Shown in pieces: positions 40,319 to 50,212 of a DNA stretch of 64,000 nt. The translations under genes and the position numbers were made by a program. This DNA comes from Trueperaceae bacterium (GTDB lineage Bacteria > Deinococcota > Deinococci > Deinococcales > Trueperaceae), in NCBI GenBank assembly GCA_965213705.1, contig OZ243913.1, positions 2,016,001 through 2,080,000 of the forward strand. The letters run 5' to 3'. Below the pieces are notes generated by a model. That model worked only from the letters and a program-made list of their open reading frames with translations, did not search any database and had not been told where the DNA came from. Position 1 is the first letter of the stretch. Each line of letters starts with the position of its first letter.

Positions 40319-41152
40319 TTACCGTCCAAACCGCCGCTCGCGCTCTTGGAAGTTGCGAATCGCCCGCAGAAAGTCGACCTTGCGAAAGCTCGGCCAATAG
40401 GCGTCGCAAAAGTAAAACTCGCTGTAGGCCGTTTGCCACAGCAAAAAACCCGACAAGCGCACCTCGCCCGAGGTGCGAATCACGAAGTCGGGGTCGGGCG
40501 TGCCGGCGGTGTAGAGGTAGCTGTGAATCGCGTCGGTCGTAACTTCTTCGATGAGACTGTCCAGGCTCATCGCCCCGTCCGACTTGTGGTGGAGCAGCTT
40601 GCGCACGGCGCTGATAATTTCCTCGCGGCCACCGTAGCCGAGGGCGATGTTGAGGTGCATTCCGCGGTAACTCTCTGTGGCAGCTTCGATGTTGCGCAGC
40701 GCCTCTTTGGTCTCGTCGGGAAAGTCGTCGACGTTGCCGATGACGCGCACCTGGACTTTGTTGGCGTGCAGCTTGGGGTCGTCCAGCAACTCTTTGGCCT
40801 GCCGGGCGAACAGGGTGTGCAGGTGCGCCACCTCGTCGGAACTCCGGCCCTTGTTGTCGCTGCTGAAGCCCCACAGCGTCACGTGGTTGATGCCGAGTTC
40901 CAGGCACCAGTCGAGCACTTCGCGCGCTTTGCCCGCGCCGTAGTCGTGGCCCGCCTTAACGTCTAGGTTGAGCGTCCTGGCAAAACGCCGGTTGCCGTCC
41001 ATGATGATGCCGATGTGTTTGGGCAGTTTGTCGTTTTTGGCGATGTCGCTTAAGAGCTGGCGTTCGTAGAACCAGTACAGCGGGGCGGTGGCCTTGTCCC
41101 ACACCTTGAGGGCACGCTTCGTGCTCGAGAAAGTACCGGTGACGCTGCTCAC
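40319..41152 (-). CDS. cis-prenyltransferase (UppS family)
   Basis: IIMDGNRR, YGGREEI, IRTSGEVRLSGF, RRFG. Confidence 0.92.
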   Translation of the reverse strand: MSSVTGTFSSTKRALKVWDKATAPLYWFYERQLLSDIAKNDKLPKHIGIIMDGNRRFARTLNLDVKAGHDYGAGKAREVLDWCLELGINHVTLWGFSSDNKGRSSDEVAHLHTLFARQAKELLDDPKLHANKVQVRVIGNVDDFPDETKEALRNIEAATESYRGMHLNIALGYGGREEIISAVRKLLHHKSDGAMSLDSLIEEVTTDAIHSYLYTAGTPDPDFVIRTSGEVRLSGFLLWQTAYSEFYFCDAYWPSFRKVDFLRAIRNFQERERRFGR

Positions 41153-41236
41153 AGCTTAAATGTACCCCAGTCGGCGTGAGAAGGTGATGAAATAGACACA
41201 GTCCCGCGGGGAGTCGAAACTGCTATCCTGAGCCCT

Positions 41237-41563
41237 ATGAAGCGCCGTGTCACCGCTGCAGAAGCGTTCGAGAAGCTACCCCCTGAAGGCGGAACGCGCT
41301 TTGTTTCCACGTTCGAGCACGGCACCCTTTCTGTCGAACTCTACGCCCCGCGCGGCCACGACCCGCAGACGCCGCACACGCGCGACGAGGTCTACGTGGT
41401 GGTGAGCGGGACGGGCACGTTTTTTCACGGGGGCAAACGCGAACCGTTCGGCCCCGGCGACTTCTTGTTCGTTGAGGCGGGTTTGGAGCACCGTTTCGAG
41501 AACTTCAGCGACGACTTTGCAACCTGGGTCCTGTTCTACGGCCCCGAAGGTGGCGAAGCGTGA
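41237..41563 (+). CDS. Cupin domain protein
   Basis: QTPHTRDEVY, HRFENF. Confidence 0.85.
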   Translation: MKRRVTAAEAFEKLPPEGGTRFVSTFEHGTLSVELYAPRGHDPQTPHTRDEVYVVVSGTGTFFHGGKREPFGPGDFLFVEAGLEHRFENFSDDFATWVLFYGPEGGEA

Positions 41564-42048
41564 GCGAGTTGCGGGTTGTACAGGCCGGGCTTCAGCATTT
41601 GGGCGCGTTGGTTCCCCTGTTCGACGCCTACCGCGTCTTTTACGAGCAAGAGAGCGACGTCGCAAAGGCCGAAGCTTTTTTGCGGGAGCGGCTGACGGGG
41701 CTCGAGTCCATCGTCTTTCTGGCTTTTCAGGACGACGTGCCCGCCGGTTTTACCCAACTCTACCCAAGTTTTTCGTCGGTTTCGCTCGCCCGTGTCTGGA
41801 TTCTCAACGACTTGTTCGTGACGCCCGCACTCCGCGGCCGGGGCGTTGCGGAAGCACTTTTAAAACGCGCCGCGACCTTTGCCGAGAACGCGGGCGCGCT
41901 GCGGCTCGACCTGGCGACGCAAGTGGAGAACGAAACCGCACAACGTCTCTACGAACGCCTGGGCTGGCAACCCGAGGACGGGTTTTATCATTACAGCTTG
42001 CCACTACAACTTGCCAATCGGGAAGTAGATGATGCTCGAGAGGGCTGA
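41560..42048 (+). CDS. GNAT acetyltransferase
   Basis: FDAYRVFY, LNDLFV, RGRGVA, AQRLYE. Confidence 0.9.
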   Translation: MSELRVVQAGLQHLGALVPLFDAYRVFYEQESDVAKAEAFLRERLTGLESIVFLAFQDDVPAGFTQLYPSFSSVSLARVWILNDLFVTPALRGRGVAEALLKRAATFAENAGALRLDLATQVENETAQRLYERLGWQPEDGFYHYSLPLQLANREVDDAREG

Positions 42049-42051
42049 ACC

Positions 42052-42768
42052 ATGAACCGACAAAACGCGTTCGGGCAAGTTGTCGGTGAGCCCGTACCGG
42101 CTTGGCGAGCGCCGCCACGCCCGCAACCGACTGTACTCACAGGGCGGGCTTGCACTTTGGAGCCGTTGCAACCGGAGCGCCACGCCCCCGACCTCTTTGA
42201 AGCTAACCGCGCCGACGACGGGCGCATGTGGACTTACCTGCCTTACGGACCTTTCGATTCGCTCGCTACTTACTGCGCTTGGCTGGCAACCTGTCAAGGA
42301 AACGGCCCCCTTTTCTACGCCGTTTTGCCTCGCGAAACCGGAAAAGCTGCGGGGCTCGCCAGCTATTTGCGGATAAGCCCGGAGTCGGGTTCGCTCGAGG
42401 TTGGACACCTCGCCTTTTCCCCGGCGCTGCAAGCCACCACGGCGGCGACCGAAGCCCTGTACCTGCTGCTGAAGTACATCTTCGAAACAGGCTACCGCCG
42501 CTGCGAGTGGAAGTGCGACGCGCTGAACCAGCCGTCACGCCGCGCCGCCCAACGTCTCGGCTTTTCCTTTGAGGGAATTTTTCGCCAGGCGACCCTGTAC
42601 AAAGGGCGCAACCGCGACACCGCCTGGTACGCCGTGACCGACAAAGATTGGCCTGAGGTGAAACGAGCGTTCAAAACGTGGTTACAGCCTGAGAACTTCG
42701 ACCGGGACGGTGAGCAGCGCACGCGTCTGAGTGAGTTGACAGCGCCTTTGCTCGAGCAAGCCGGTTAG
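42052..42768 (+). CDS. GNAT acetyltransferase (RimJ/RimL-like)
   Basis: YRRCEWKCDALN, GFSFEGIFRQ, KGRNRDTAW. Confidence 0.9.
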   Translation: MNRQNAFGQVVGEPVPAWRAPPRPQPTVLTGRACTLEPLQPERHAPDLFEANRADDGRMWTYLPYGPFDSLATYCAWLATCQGNGPLFYAVLPRETGKAAGLASYLRISPESGSLEVGHLAFSPALQATTAATEALYLLLKYIFETGYRRCEWKCDALNQPSRRAAQRLGFSFEGIFRQATLYKGRNRDTAWYAVTDKDWPEVKRAFKTWLQPENFDRDGEQRTRLSELTAPLLEQAG

Positions 42769-42781
42769 TGGGGAATCACGC

Positions 42782-43408
42782 ATGTACCTACCTAAGTATT
42801 ACCAAGAAGACGACTTAGCCACCCTCGTCGCGTTTATGCGGCAAAACAGCTTCGCCGCGCTCGTGTCGACGCTGGAGGGCGAACTCGTCGCCACGCACTT
42901 GCCCCTCGTTCCGGTCGTGAAAGACGAAAAAGTAACCTTGCTCGGCCACGTGGCGCGGGCCAACCCGCACGCGCTCTCGTTCGGCGCGGGCGAAGCCCTC
43001 GCCATCTTCAGCGGCCCGCACGCCTACATCTCGCCCACGCTCTACGAAAAAGAGGAGAGCGTGCCCACCTGGAACTACGTCGCCGTCCACGCGCACGGCG
43101 TCCCACAGGCGGTTACGTTCAAAGACGAGCCCGAAGCCATGCAGGCGTTGATGGACGTGACGATGGACGCTTATGAACCGAGCTACCGGGCGCAGTGGGA
43201 CGCTTTAAGCGAGAAGTACCGCCACGGCATGATGAACGGGATCGTAGGTTTTGAGCTGAAAGTCGATAAGCTTTACGGCAAGTACAAACTTAGCCAGAAC
43301 CGCAGCCGTACGGACCGGGAAAGCGCCGCCGCCGCCCTCGTTGGTCAGGACAATCCCGTCACAGCCGGAGTCGGCGCGTTGATGAAGAAGGGGCTCGAGA
43401 CCGGCTAA
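42782..43408 (+). CDS. PaiB-like FMN-binding negative transcriptional regulator
   Basis: GHVARAN, GPHAYISP, VPTWNY, KLSQNR. Confidence 0.9.
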   Translation: MYLPKYYQEDDLATLVAFMRQNSFAALVSTLEGELVATHLPLVPVVKDEKVTLLGHVARANPHALSFGAGEALAIFSGPHAYISPTLYEKEESVPTWNYVAVHAHGVPQAVTFKDEPEAMQALMDVTMDAYEPSYRAQWDALSEKYRHGMMNGIVGFELKVDKLYGKYKLSQNRSRTDRESAAAALVGQDNPVTAGVGALMKKGLETG

Positions 43409-43444
43409 AAAGTAGAGCCGAACCGTACGGTTCGGCTCTACTTT
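43409..43444. terminator. Perfect 36-bp palindrome, probable bidirectional terminator
   Basis: aaagtagagccgaaccgt|acggttcggctctacttt between convergent ORFs. Confidence 0.75.
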
Positions 43445-43460
43445 GCTGGCTGGGGCCGCT

Positions 43461-43649
43461 TTAGACGCGCCGTGCGGTTTGCCGTGTGGCAGTTTGCGAC
43501 GGGTTGACGGCGACGCGGGTGACCTCGAAAAAGGTTTCGCGTTCTTGAAGCGCGGCCGTGTTGACTATTAAGCCTTTGTCGTTGTGCCAAAGCCCCGGCT
43601 CGAGGGCGTCCTGGTACCAAACTTCGCTTACTTTGTGAAACTGAGTCAT
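43461..43649 (-). CDS. Small hypothetical protein (62 aa)
   Basis: GGGAGG ribosome-binding site before ATG 43649; stop lies just before the terminator. Confidence 0.55.
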   Translation of the reverse strand: MTQFHKVSEVWYQDALEPGLWHNDKGLIVNTAALQERETFFEVTRVAVNPSQTATRQTARRV

Positions 43650-43768
43650 CGTTTCCTCCCAATGTCCAGACAGTTTATGTCGCCGCCGTGCGGCCGTCAT
43701 CAGACTTTTGTAGGACTCGTAAGAGGACGTCAGTAAGGTGCAACGAGTACCCGGACGTATACTGGATT

Positions 43769-44707
43769 ATGCGTCCCTCCACGTCGCCGCCGACCGGCCT
43801 TTACGGCCGACCTTACTGGCTCTTAACGTTGGCCGTGCTGTTTTGGGCCGGTAACTTCGTGCTCGGTCGGGCGGTGCGCGCGGAGATTCCGCCGGTCGGC
43901 CTGGCGTTTTGGCGCTGGTGCGTCGCGACGCTTATCCTGTGGCCGTTCGCCTGGCCGCACCTGCGCCGCGACTGGGCTACTGTCCGGCGGCACGGCGGCG
44001 TCATCTTGTTGCTCGCCGCGCTGGGTGTGGGCTCGTTCAACACGCTCGTCTACTCGGGCTTGCAGTACACGGTCGCGCTGAACGCGTTTTTGCTGCAGTC
44101 GCTCATGCCCCTGGGGGTGGTGCTGTTTTCAGCGCTGTTTTTTCGGGACGTGGTCGGTCCGCGGCAACTCGGCGGCATCTTTTTGTCGCTTTTGGGCGCG
44201 GCGCTCATTATTTTCCGCGGGGACCTGGCGACGCTTCTAGCGTTCACGCTCAACCCCGGCGACGCGCTCATTGTCGTCGCGGTGGTGGTCTACGCGGCCT
44301 ACACCGCCTTTTTGCGCAAGCGGCCCGCGCTGCACCCGCTGAGTTTTTTGCTGGCGACCTTCTGTTTGGGCACCCTGATGATTCTGCCCTTTTACCTTGC
44401 CGAGACGGCGGCGGGCCGCTTTGTCACGGCGAACCTGCCGACGGTCTCAAGCATTCTTTACGTGGCGGTGTTTCCCTCCATCGTGTCCTTTTTGTTTTAC
44501 AACCGCGGCGTCGAACTGCTGGGCGCAAACCGGGCGGGGCTGTTCGCGCACCTCATGCCGCTGTTCGGCGGGATTTTGGCGGTGCTCGTGCTGGGTGAAA
44601 CGTTCAAGTGGTTTCACGCGCTCGGCGCGGTCTTAATCCTGTCGGGAATAGCGCTGGCGACGGTGCTGCAACGGCCGCGCTCGCCTTCTTTTCGGGGCTT
44701 GAAGTGA
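43769..44707 (+). CDS. DMT/EamA family transporter
   Basis: About 10 TM helices; FWAGNF, LAFWRW, GANRAGLF. Confidence 0.9.
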   Translation: MRPSTSPPTGLYGRPYWLLTLAVLFWAGNFVLGRAVRAEIPPVGLAFWRWCVATLILWPFAWPHLRRDWATVRRHGGVILLLAALGVGSFNTLVYSGLQYTVALNAFLLQSLMPLGVVLFSALFFRDVVGPRQLGGIFLSLLGAALIIFRGDLATLLAFTLNPGDALIVVAVVVYAAYTAFLRKRPALHPLSFLLATFCLGTLMILPFYLAETAAGRFVTANLPTVSSILYVAVFPSIVSFLFYNRGVELLGANRAGLFAHLMPLFGGILAVLVLGETFKWFHALGAVLILSGIALATVLQRPRSPSFRGLK

Positions 44708-45741
44708 GGGCCGCCGTGTTTGGCGCGTTCGGTGAACGCTTAGAAGTCCGCAACGTGCCCGACCCCGCAGTGCCGCGGGACGGCGTTGTCATCGAGGTGC
44801 GCGCCAACGGCGTCTGCCGCAGCGACTGGCACGCCTGGCAGGGCCACGACCCCACCATCCGGCTGCCGCACGTGCCGGGCCACGAACTCGCGGGCGTCGT
44901 CGCGGCAACCGGCGCGGACGTGACCAACTGGCGGGTGGGTGATCCTGTGACCACGCCGTTTTGCGGCGGTTGCGGCACCTGCGCGCAGTGCTCGAGCGGA
45001 CACCAGCACATCTGCGACCGGGACTATCAACCCGGCTTTTCGGGCTGGGGCTCGTTCGCGCAATTCGTGATGATTCCCAAAGCCGACATCAACCTGGTGC
45101 GCCTGCCGGACACTCTGGGTTTTGTCGAGGCGGCGAGTCTGGGCTGCCGTTTTGTCACCGCGTTTCGCGGCGTGGTCGACCAGGGGCGCGTTCGGGGCGG
45201 CGAGTGGCTGGCGGTTCACGGCTGTGGCGGCGTGGGGTTGTCGGCGGTGATGATCGGGGCGGCGCTGGGCGCGCAGGTCGCCGCGGTCGACATAGACGCA
45301 AGTAAGCTCGAGCTGGCTAGAACTCTAGGTGCGGTCGCCACCGTCGACGCCTCTAAAGAAAACCCCTGGCGCGCGGTCCAAGAGCTGACCCAAGGCGGCG
45401 CGCACGTCTCCGTCGACGCGCTCGGTTCTCAGAAAACGTGCCGTAACTCCGTAAAGTCCTTACGCAAACGCGGCCGGCACATCCAAATCGGGCTGCTGTT
45501 GGCCGCCGAGGCGAATCCCAAACTGCCCATGCACGAGGTTATCGCCAAGGAGTTGACCCTGCTGGGTTCGCACGGGATGCCGGCGCACCGCTACCCGGAG
45601 ATGTTGGACATGATCGTTTCGGGCAAGCTCGAGCCCGCCCGTTTGGTAGGCAAAACGGTTTCCTTGGACGAGGCGGGGGCGGAACTAGAGGCGATGGGGC
45701 ATTTTGCACAGCAAGGCGTGACAGTGATAGATAAATTTTGA
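44704..45741 (+). CDS. Zinc-dependent alcohol dehydrogenase family protein
   Basis: CRSD, GHE, CGTCAQC, GCGGVG. Confidence 0.92.
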   Translation: MRAAVFGAFGERLEVRNVPDPAVPRDGVVIEVRANGVCRSDWHAWQGHDPTIRLPHVPGHELAGVVAATGADVTNWRVGDPVTTPFCGGCGTCAQCSSGHQHICDRDYQPGFSGWGSFAQFVMIPKADINLVRLPDTLGFVEAASLGCRFVTAFRGVVDQGRVRGGEWLAVHGCGGVGLSAVMIGAALGAQVAAVDIDASKLELARTLGAVATVDASKENPWRAVQELTQGGAHVSVDALGSQKTCRNSVKSLRKRGRHIQIGLLLAAEANPKLPMHEVIAKELTLLGSHGMPAHRYPEMLDMIVSGKLEPARLVGKTVSLDEAGAELEAMGHFAQQGVTVIDKF

Positions 45742-45743
45742 GT

Positions 45744-46427
45744 TCAAACCTCACTTGGGCTGTCGCTGGTCAAGGGCGCGAGCGTGACGCGCGCCAAATA
45801 GTTCTGCGGCCCGCGCTTTTGGCCGTACTTTTGGATGAGGGCGTAGAGTTCTTTCTGAAAAGCCTTGGCGTCTTGGAAGGTCAGCGAAAACGTGTACCAA
45901 TCCATGAGCAGGGCCGGCGAGTCGGGCTCGAGGGCGATTTCGTTCAGGGTGCGGCCGTCCTCGGGGGTCGGGGTAACGTCGGTGTAAAGGACGTCGCCTT
46001 CTTGGTAAACGGCCATGCCCCAGCGGTGCAGGTCGGGAAAGGTATCGCTGCCGACTTGCACTAAGCTGTGCGCCAAAAGGCGCTGCCAGGGTTCCTCTTG
46101 CTGGTGCAACAGGGTTTCCAAACTGCTGTCGGGCACGGCTGCGAACGGGACGAAAAAACCGTCTTGGGCGGTCGCGTAGTGTTTGACCGCTCGGCCGCCA
46201 CGTTTCACGGTGCGCGTGACGTGGAGCAGCCCCAACCCGGTAAAACGCTTCGTCCAGTACGACAGCGCGTGTGTGCTCACGCCGAGCAGCATGGCCGCCT
46301 CGCCCAAGCTGCGCTCTCGGCCCATAAACGGCCCGAGGTGCCGCGCCGCCCTGGGGTCGGCGAGCAGTCGGGCCGTACCGGGTTGGTCGACCCGCTCGAG
46401 CGTTCTACGTAAAAGATGTTCACCCAT
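45744..46427 (-). CDS. Putative winged-helix (ArsR-like) transcriptional regulator
   Basis: LGPFMGRERSLGEAAMLLGV..ALSYWTKRF..LGLL..KRGGRAVKHY; divergent from 46524. Confidence 0.65.
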   Translation of the reverse strand: MGEHLLRRTLERVDQPGTARLLADPRAARHLGPFMGRERSLGEAAMLLGVSTHALSYWTKRFTGLGLLHVTRTVKRGGRAVKHYATAQDGFFVPFAAVPDSSLETLLHQQEEPWQRLLAHSLVQVGSDTFPDLHRWGMAVYQEGDVLYTDVTPTPEDGRTLNEIALEPDSPALLMDWYTFSLTFQDAKAFQKELYALIQKYGQKRGPQNYLARVTLAPLTSDSPSEV

Positions 46428-46523
46428 TTTGCCTAGCCTACCTCTATTCTTGAGGTTGAGCGTGAGGTGCGTTCCTTTAGGTAAGAACGGCTCACAAAGG
46501 TTAAACCTCGTAAGGAGGAAATA

Positions 46524-47597
46524 ATGAGTGCAAAAACCGGAACCGTACCGCGGGAGAAAAATGCCGAGCCGGCGGCCGACCTGTGGCGCAGCGGACTGTT
46601 GCCCGTGTTGGCGCTGGGCGCGCTGGCGGGCTTGCTTGGGATTTACTGGGACATCGCCTGGCACATCGACAAGGGGCGCGACAGCTTTTTTACGCCGCCG
46701 CACAACTTCATCTACCTGTCTATTCTTATCGTTTTGCTGATGAGCGTGTACGGGTTGGTTCGTGACCGCCGGCAAAGCCCGCTGCACCTGCGGTTGGGGC
46801 GGTTCCTCGTACATCCGGGCGTGTTGATCGTGGCGGTCGGGGCGGGGTTGGAACTGTTTTTCGCACCCGCCGACGAACTCTGGCACCGCGTCTTCGGCTT
46901 GGACGTGACGCTCTGGGCACCGATGCACCTCATCGGCGTGACCGGCCTGACGCTCTACGCTTTTGGCGGTCTGGTAACGAGCTGGGTCGAGCGGCGCTTG
47001 GCCCTAACCGAGAAACGCAAGCGCCTGTTCGGCTACGTGACCGTGTTCTTCGCGGTGGCGCTCCTCGGTTGGACGATGTTGCTGCTCGCCGAGTTTGAGT
47101 TCGGCACGCCCGCCTTTCCGATGTTTTGGCAACCGCTGCTGCTGATGGGGTTGCCGGTCTTCGTCTTAGTGCTGCTGGCGCGGTTGAAACCCGTTCCTTG
47201 GGCGGCGACCTGGACGGCCGTCGCTTTTACGGGTTTGCGCCTGTTATTGGCGGGCCTGCTGCTCACGACCTCGCGCTTCGACCTGGCCGGGGACAGTCGG
47301 CCGGCGATTCCGCTGCTCGTCTTGTCCGGCGTGGCGGCGGACCTGCTGGTGCGGCGCGGCGCGCCGACGTGGTTGACCGGCTTGGTCGTCGCGGCGGTCA
47401 CGCTGGCGTCCAACCTGCCGCTCACGGCGCTGAGCGAACTGAGCTGGTACGCGGGCGCGCTTGTGCGGGGCGTGCCGGCGGGCTTCGTCCTGGCAATCGT
47501 CATGGCCTACCTCGGGCGGGCGACGGCGGACGCGCTCGAGCCCGCGCCGAACCCAGAGCCCCGCCGCGCCCCGACCGCCGAGCGGGTGCCGGCGTGA
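46524..47597 (+). CDS. Polytopic membrane protein with PmoC/AmoC-like metal-binding motifs
   Basis: WDIAWHIDKGRDSFFTPPH and DELWHRVFGLDVTLWAPMH; AGGAGG ribosome-binding site. Confidence 0.75.
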   Translation: MSAKTGTVPREKNAEPAADLWRSGLLPVLALGALAGLLGIYWDIAWHIDKGRDSFFTPPHNFIYLSILIVLLMSVYGLVRDRRQSPLHLRLGRFLVHPGVLIVAVGAGLELFFAPADELWHRVFGLDVTLWAPMHLIGVTGLTLYAFGGLVTSWVERRLALTEKRKRLFGYVTVFFAVALLGWTMLLLAEFEFGTPAFPMFWQPLLLMGLPVFVLVLLARLKPVPWAATWTAVAFTGLRLLLAGLLLTTSRFDLAGDSRPAIPLLVLSGVAADLLVRRGAPTWLTGLVVAAVTLASNLPLTALSELSWYAGALVRGVPAGFVLAIVMAYLGRATADALEPAPNPEPRRAPTAERVPA

Positions 47598-48151
47598 AGC
47601 GCTTCGGTGCGCTGTTCCTGGCGCTCGTGGTCTCAGCACCGCTGTTCGGGTTCGCCCTGGGCCAAGCCCGACCCGGCAGTACGGCGGACGTTACCGTCGT
47701 TGAGCGCGGGCCAGGCCGGCCGACCCTTATCGAGGTGCGCACCAATCCCGAACTGACCAAAAACGGCGAGATGATGCTCTACATCCGCGGGCGCGACGTG
47801 GGGCACGACCGCGGCTACATCAAGCGGCTCGAGCCGCCCGTCGAGCCGGGGCTGTACCGCTTCGAGGTGACGTTGCCGCACGCGGGCACTTGGGGCGTCA
47901 ACCCGCGCTACGGCGTCGGCCTCGACCTGTACTACGCTTCGTTCAGCGGACATTTCGACCCGGCGGGGAAGGACACGTTCACCTTCCGAACGCGGTTTCG
48001 CGGCGAGTTGGGCGCGGGTACGCCCGCTTACCTCCAACCCCTGGGCTTCGGCATTTTGGGCGTGGTGCTCCTCGTCGCGTTCGGGCTGGTGGTGGCGGTT
48101 TTGCGCTCTTTGGGGCGGCAGGGGGAGTCCGCAACGACTCACCTCGTATAA
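47594..48151 (+). CDS. Exported beta-rich protein with a C-terminal membrane anchor (YtkA/FixH-like motif)
   Basis: GTGA overlap with the upstream stop; signal peptide; PGLYRFEVTLPHAGTW; C-terminal TM helix. Confidence 0.6.
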   Translation: MKRFGALFLALVVSAPLFGFALGQARPGSTADVTVVERGPGRPTLIEVRTNPELTKNGEMMLYIRGRDVGHDRGYIKRLEPPVEPGLYRFEVTLPHAGTWGVNPRYGVGLDLYYASFSGHFDPAGKDTFTFRTRFRGELGAGTPAYLQPLGFGILGVVLLVAFGLVVAVLRSLGRQGESATTHLV

Positions 48152-49401
48152 ACGCGCGTGTCCGGCTTGAAAGCGGCCCAGGCGAACCACAGGGTGTTGT
48201 CGTGGACGACTTTGCTAAGTTGCGCGCCGGCCAGCGGTCCGGCCGTGGCTGCGCCGAGGATGTTCCAAGTGCTGCCGGTTTCCTCGTCGACAAAGGCGTC
48301 CCCGTCCGCTCGGAACGTTAAGTTTCGGCCGTCTAACGTGCGCTCGAACACGCCGACCGCGCCCACGTCGCGGCTCGCGGCGATGCTGGCGGCGTCGAGC
48401 GCGCTCGTCGTCCCGGCCTGCCAAAAGAGGGTCACGGGCGTGTTGCCTATCCTGTCGTTGACGACCCCGGCTTCGCTGAGGGTTTCCACTGGGTAAGCCA
48501 CCGCCTCGGCGGGCGCGTCGATGCTGACGACTCGAGCTTTCGGGGGTAAGCGGCCGTCGGGCGTCCCGGCGAACAAAAAGGCCGGGCTGTCCGCGTCGTC
48601 GTAGCCGACGTAAGGGTTTTGCCCGTAGGCCCGCGTAAAACCGGTATCGCGCGACAACACGTGAGCCTCCGGCGCGGCGGCGCGCGCCTCGGCAAAGCTG
48701 ACAATCTGGGCCGGGTAGCGCAGGAGTTGCGTTCCGCTCAGCGTCCCGACGCTGCCGACGCCCAACAGTTGCGACCAGAGCGTACTCGTTGCAGTATCGA
48801 ACATGAGCAAGTTGGAGTTGTAGAGCGTGCCTGACACGCCGAAGGTGACGGGGAGCAGGGCGGTCACGTTGGCGGCCTCGCCTTGAACCCGGTAGGCCTC
48901 AAGAAACGCCTCATCCGGTTCCGTCGGTGCAGCTTCGGGGTTCATTTCGCTCACTTCGCCTTGCTGTTCGGTCGTCAGCGGTAACCGCCTATCGAAAGCG
49001 AGCGCGCTGTTGCAGAGCGGGCAAAAGGTGACGGCCACCGGCACGCTGCCTACCGTGTCGTTGACGATTTCGTGCCAGGTGAGGATTTGCAGCGGGTAGA
49101 CGCGGGTTTCGCCGTTCAAACTGAACACGATGACGGGCTCCTGGGGCTCTATCCAGTCGGCCGCCTCGCCTTGCGACACGAAAATGGGGGCTTGGGTCGG
49201 CGCGGCGGCGTTTTGCCAGTCGCCCGTAAACCCGAGCGCGGGGATGCCGTTGGGCGGCGGGCCGCCGCTCATGACTTCGGCCAGGGGAATCTCAGCCTGC
49301 GACGTGTCCACGCCGATGGCGCGCAGTTGCGACGGCGTTTGCTGAGCTACGGCGGCACCTAAAAAACTCAGTCCTAGCAGCGTCCGAAAAAGTCTTTTCA
49401 T
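48139..49401 (-). CDS. DUF3179 family secreted protein
   Basis: GGPPPNGIPAL, WHEIVND, TFCPLCNS, LYNSNL, WFAW. Confidence 0.85.
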   Translation of the reverse strand: MKRLFRTLLGLSFLGAAVAQQTPSQLRAIGVDTSQAEIPLAEVMSGGPPPNGIPALGFTGDWQNAAAPTQAPIFVSQGEAADWIEPQEPVIVFSLNGETRVYPLQILTWHEIVNDTVGSVPVAVTFCPLCNSALAFDRRLPLTTEQQGEVSEMNPEAAPTEPDEAFLEAYRVQGEAANVTALLPVTFGVSGTLYNSNLLMFDTATSTLWSQLLGVGSVGTLSGTQLLRYPAQIVSFAEARAAAPEAHVLSRDTGFTRAYGQNPYVGYDDADSPAFLFAGTPDGRLPPKARVVSIDAPAEAVAYPVETLSEAGVVNDRIGNTPVTLFWQAGTTSALDAASIAASRDVGAVGVFERTLDGRNLTFRADGDAFVDEETGSTWNILGAATAGPLAGAQLSKVVHDNTLWFAWAAFKPDTRVYTR

Positions 49402-49498
49402 ACCTCCGAGCTTAAAAGTTGGAAGTGAGGCGTGCGGTCAAGCAGTGTACGGGGCTCGAGCCCTCCACGTTACAGCCGCCGAACCCAAACGCCAGAAC

Positions 49499-50131
49499 CT
49501 ACCGACCCCCAGCGGCGAGTGCGGCGGCCAGCCTGTCGGCCAACTCGCGTAGCGGCTGCTCGAGCTCTTCGTGGTAACGCACAAAGGTGTCTTGGCGCAC
49601 GGTCTCGACACTTCTCGCGATGAGCCTACGCCCTTCGGAACTGTCCGGTTCGACTCCGCCCGGCAGCTCGAGCGGAACGACTTGGGTCACCCGAGTGGCG
49701 AATGCGGGTGACAGGTAAGTGCCGAGAACCTCGGCATTTTCGGGCGCGACGAGCACGGCCTGGACTTGCCCGGTCAAGGTGACCTCGACCTCCAACACGT
49801 CCGTCAGGGCGACCGGCCGCGCCGTTTTGACGCCGCGCAGACCCACCATGACTCCGTAAGCAGCGCCCTGTGAACGCGCAATCAAGGAGGTTCGTACAGG
49901 CGCGCGACCGCCGAGCATGTCGTTGTGGGTTTCTTGAAAGCGGAGCGTCGCTGCTGGGCTGAACCGGTAGGTGCGAGCGACCTTTTTCTCGAGGGCCGCG
50001 GCAAAAGCGTCGGCCAGGCCTGGAAAGCGGAGTTCGGTGGGCGCGTTGACGACGACAATTTTGGACCTGGCGGTTTGGTGGGCGGGCGCGCAAGCTGTCA
50101 GCAGCAGCAAGCTCAACAATATTTTTTTCAT
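49499..50131 (-). CDS. Hypothetical lipoprotein
   Basis: MKKILLSLLLLTAC lipobox. Confidence 0.7.
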   Translation of the reverse strand: MKKILLSLLLLTACAPAHQTARSKIVVVNAPTELRFPGLADAFAAALEKKVARTYRFSPAATLRFQETHNDMLGGRAPVRTSLIARSQGAAYGVMVGLRGVKTARPVALTDVLEVEVTLTGQVQAVLVAPENAEVLGTYLSPAFATRVTQVVPLELPGGVEPDSSEGRRLIARSVETVRQDTFVRYHEELEQPLRELADRLAAALAAGGR

Positions 50132-50212
50132 GCGCGTGAGTATAACGCTTCCGCACAGTTGAAACTGTGGCTTTGCCAACGTGTGAAGGGCCAGCGTGTG
50201 AAGGATTTTGCC

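Noticed and set aside
48139..49401. Selenocysteine in the DUF3179 protein
   Set aside because: The motif is CPLC and there is no in-frame TGA
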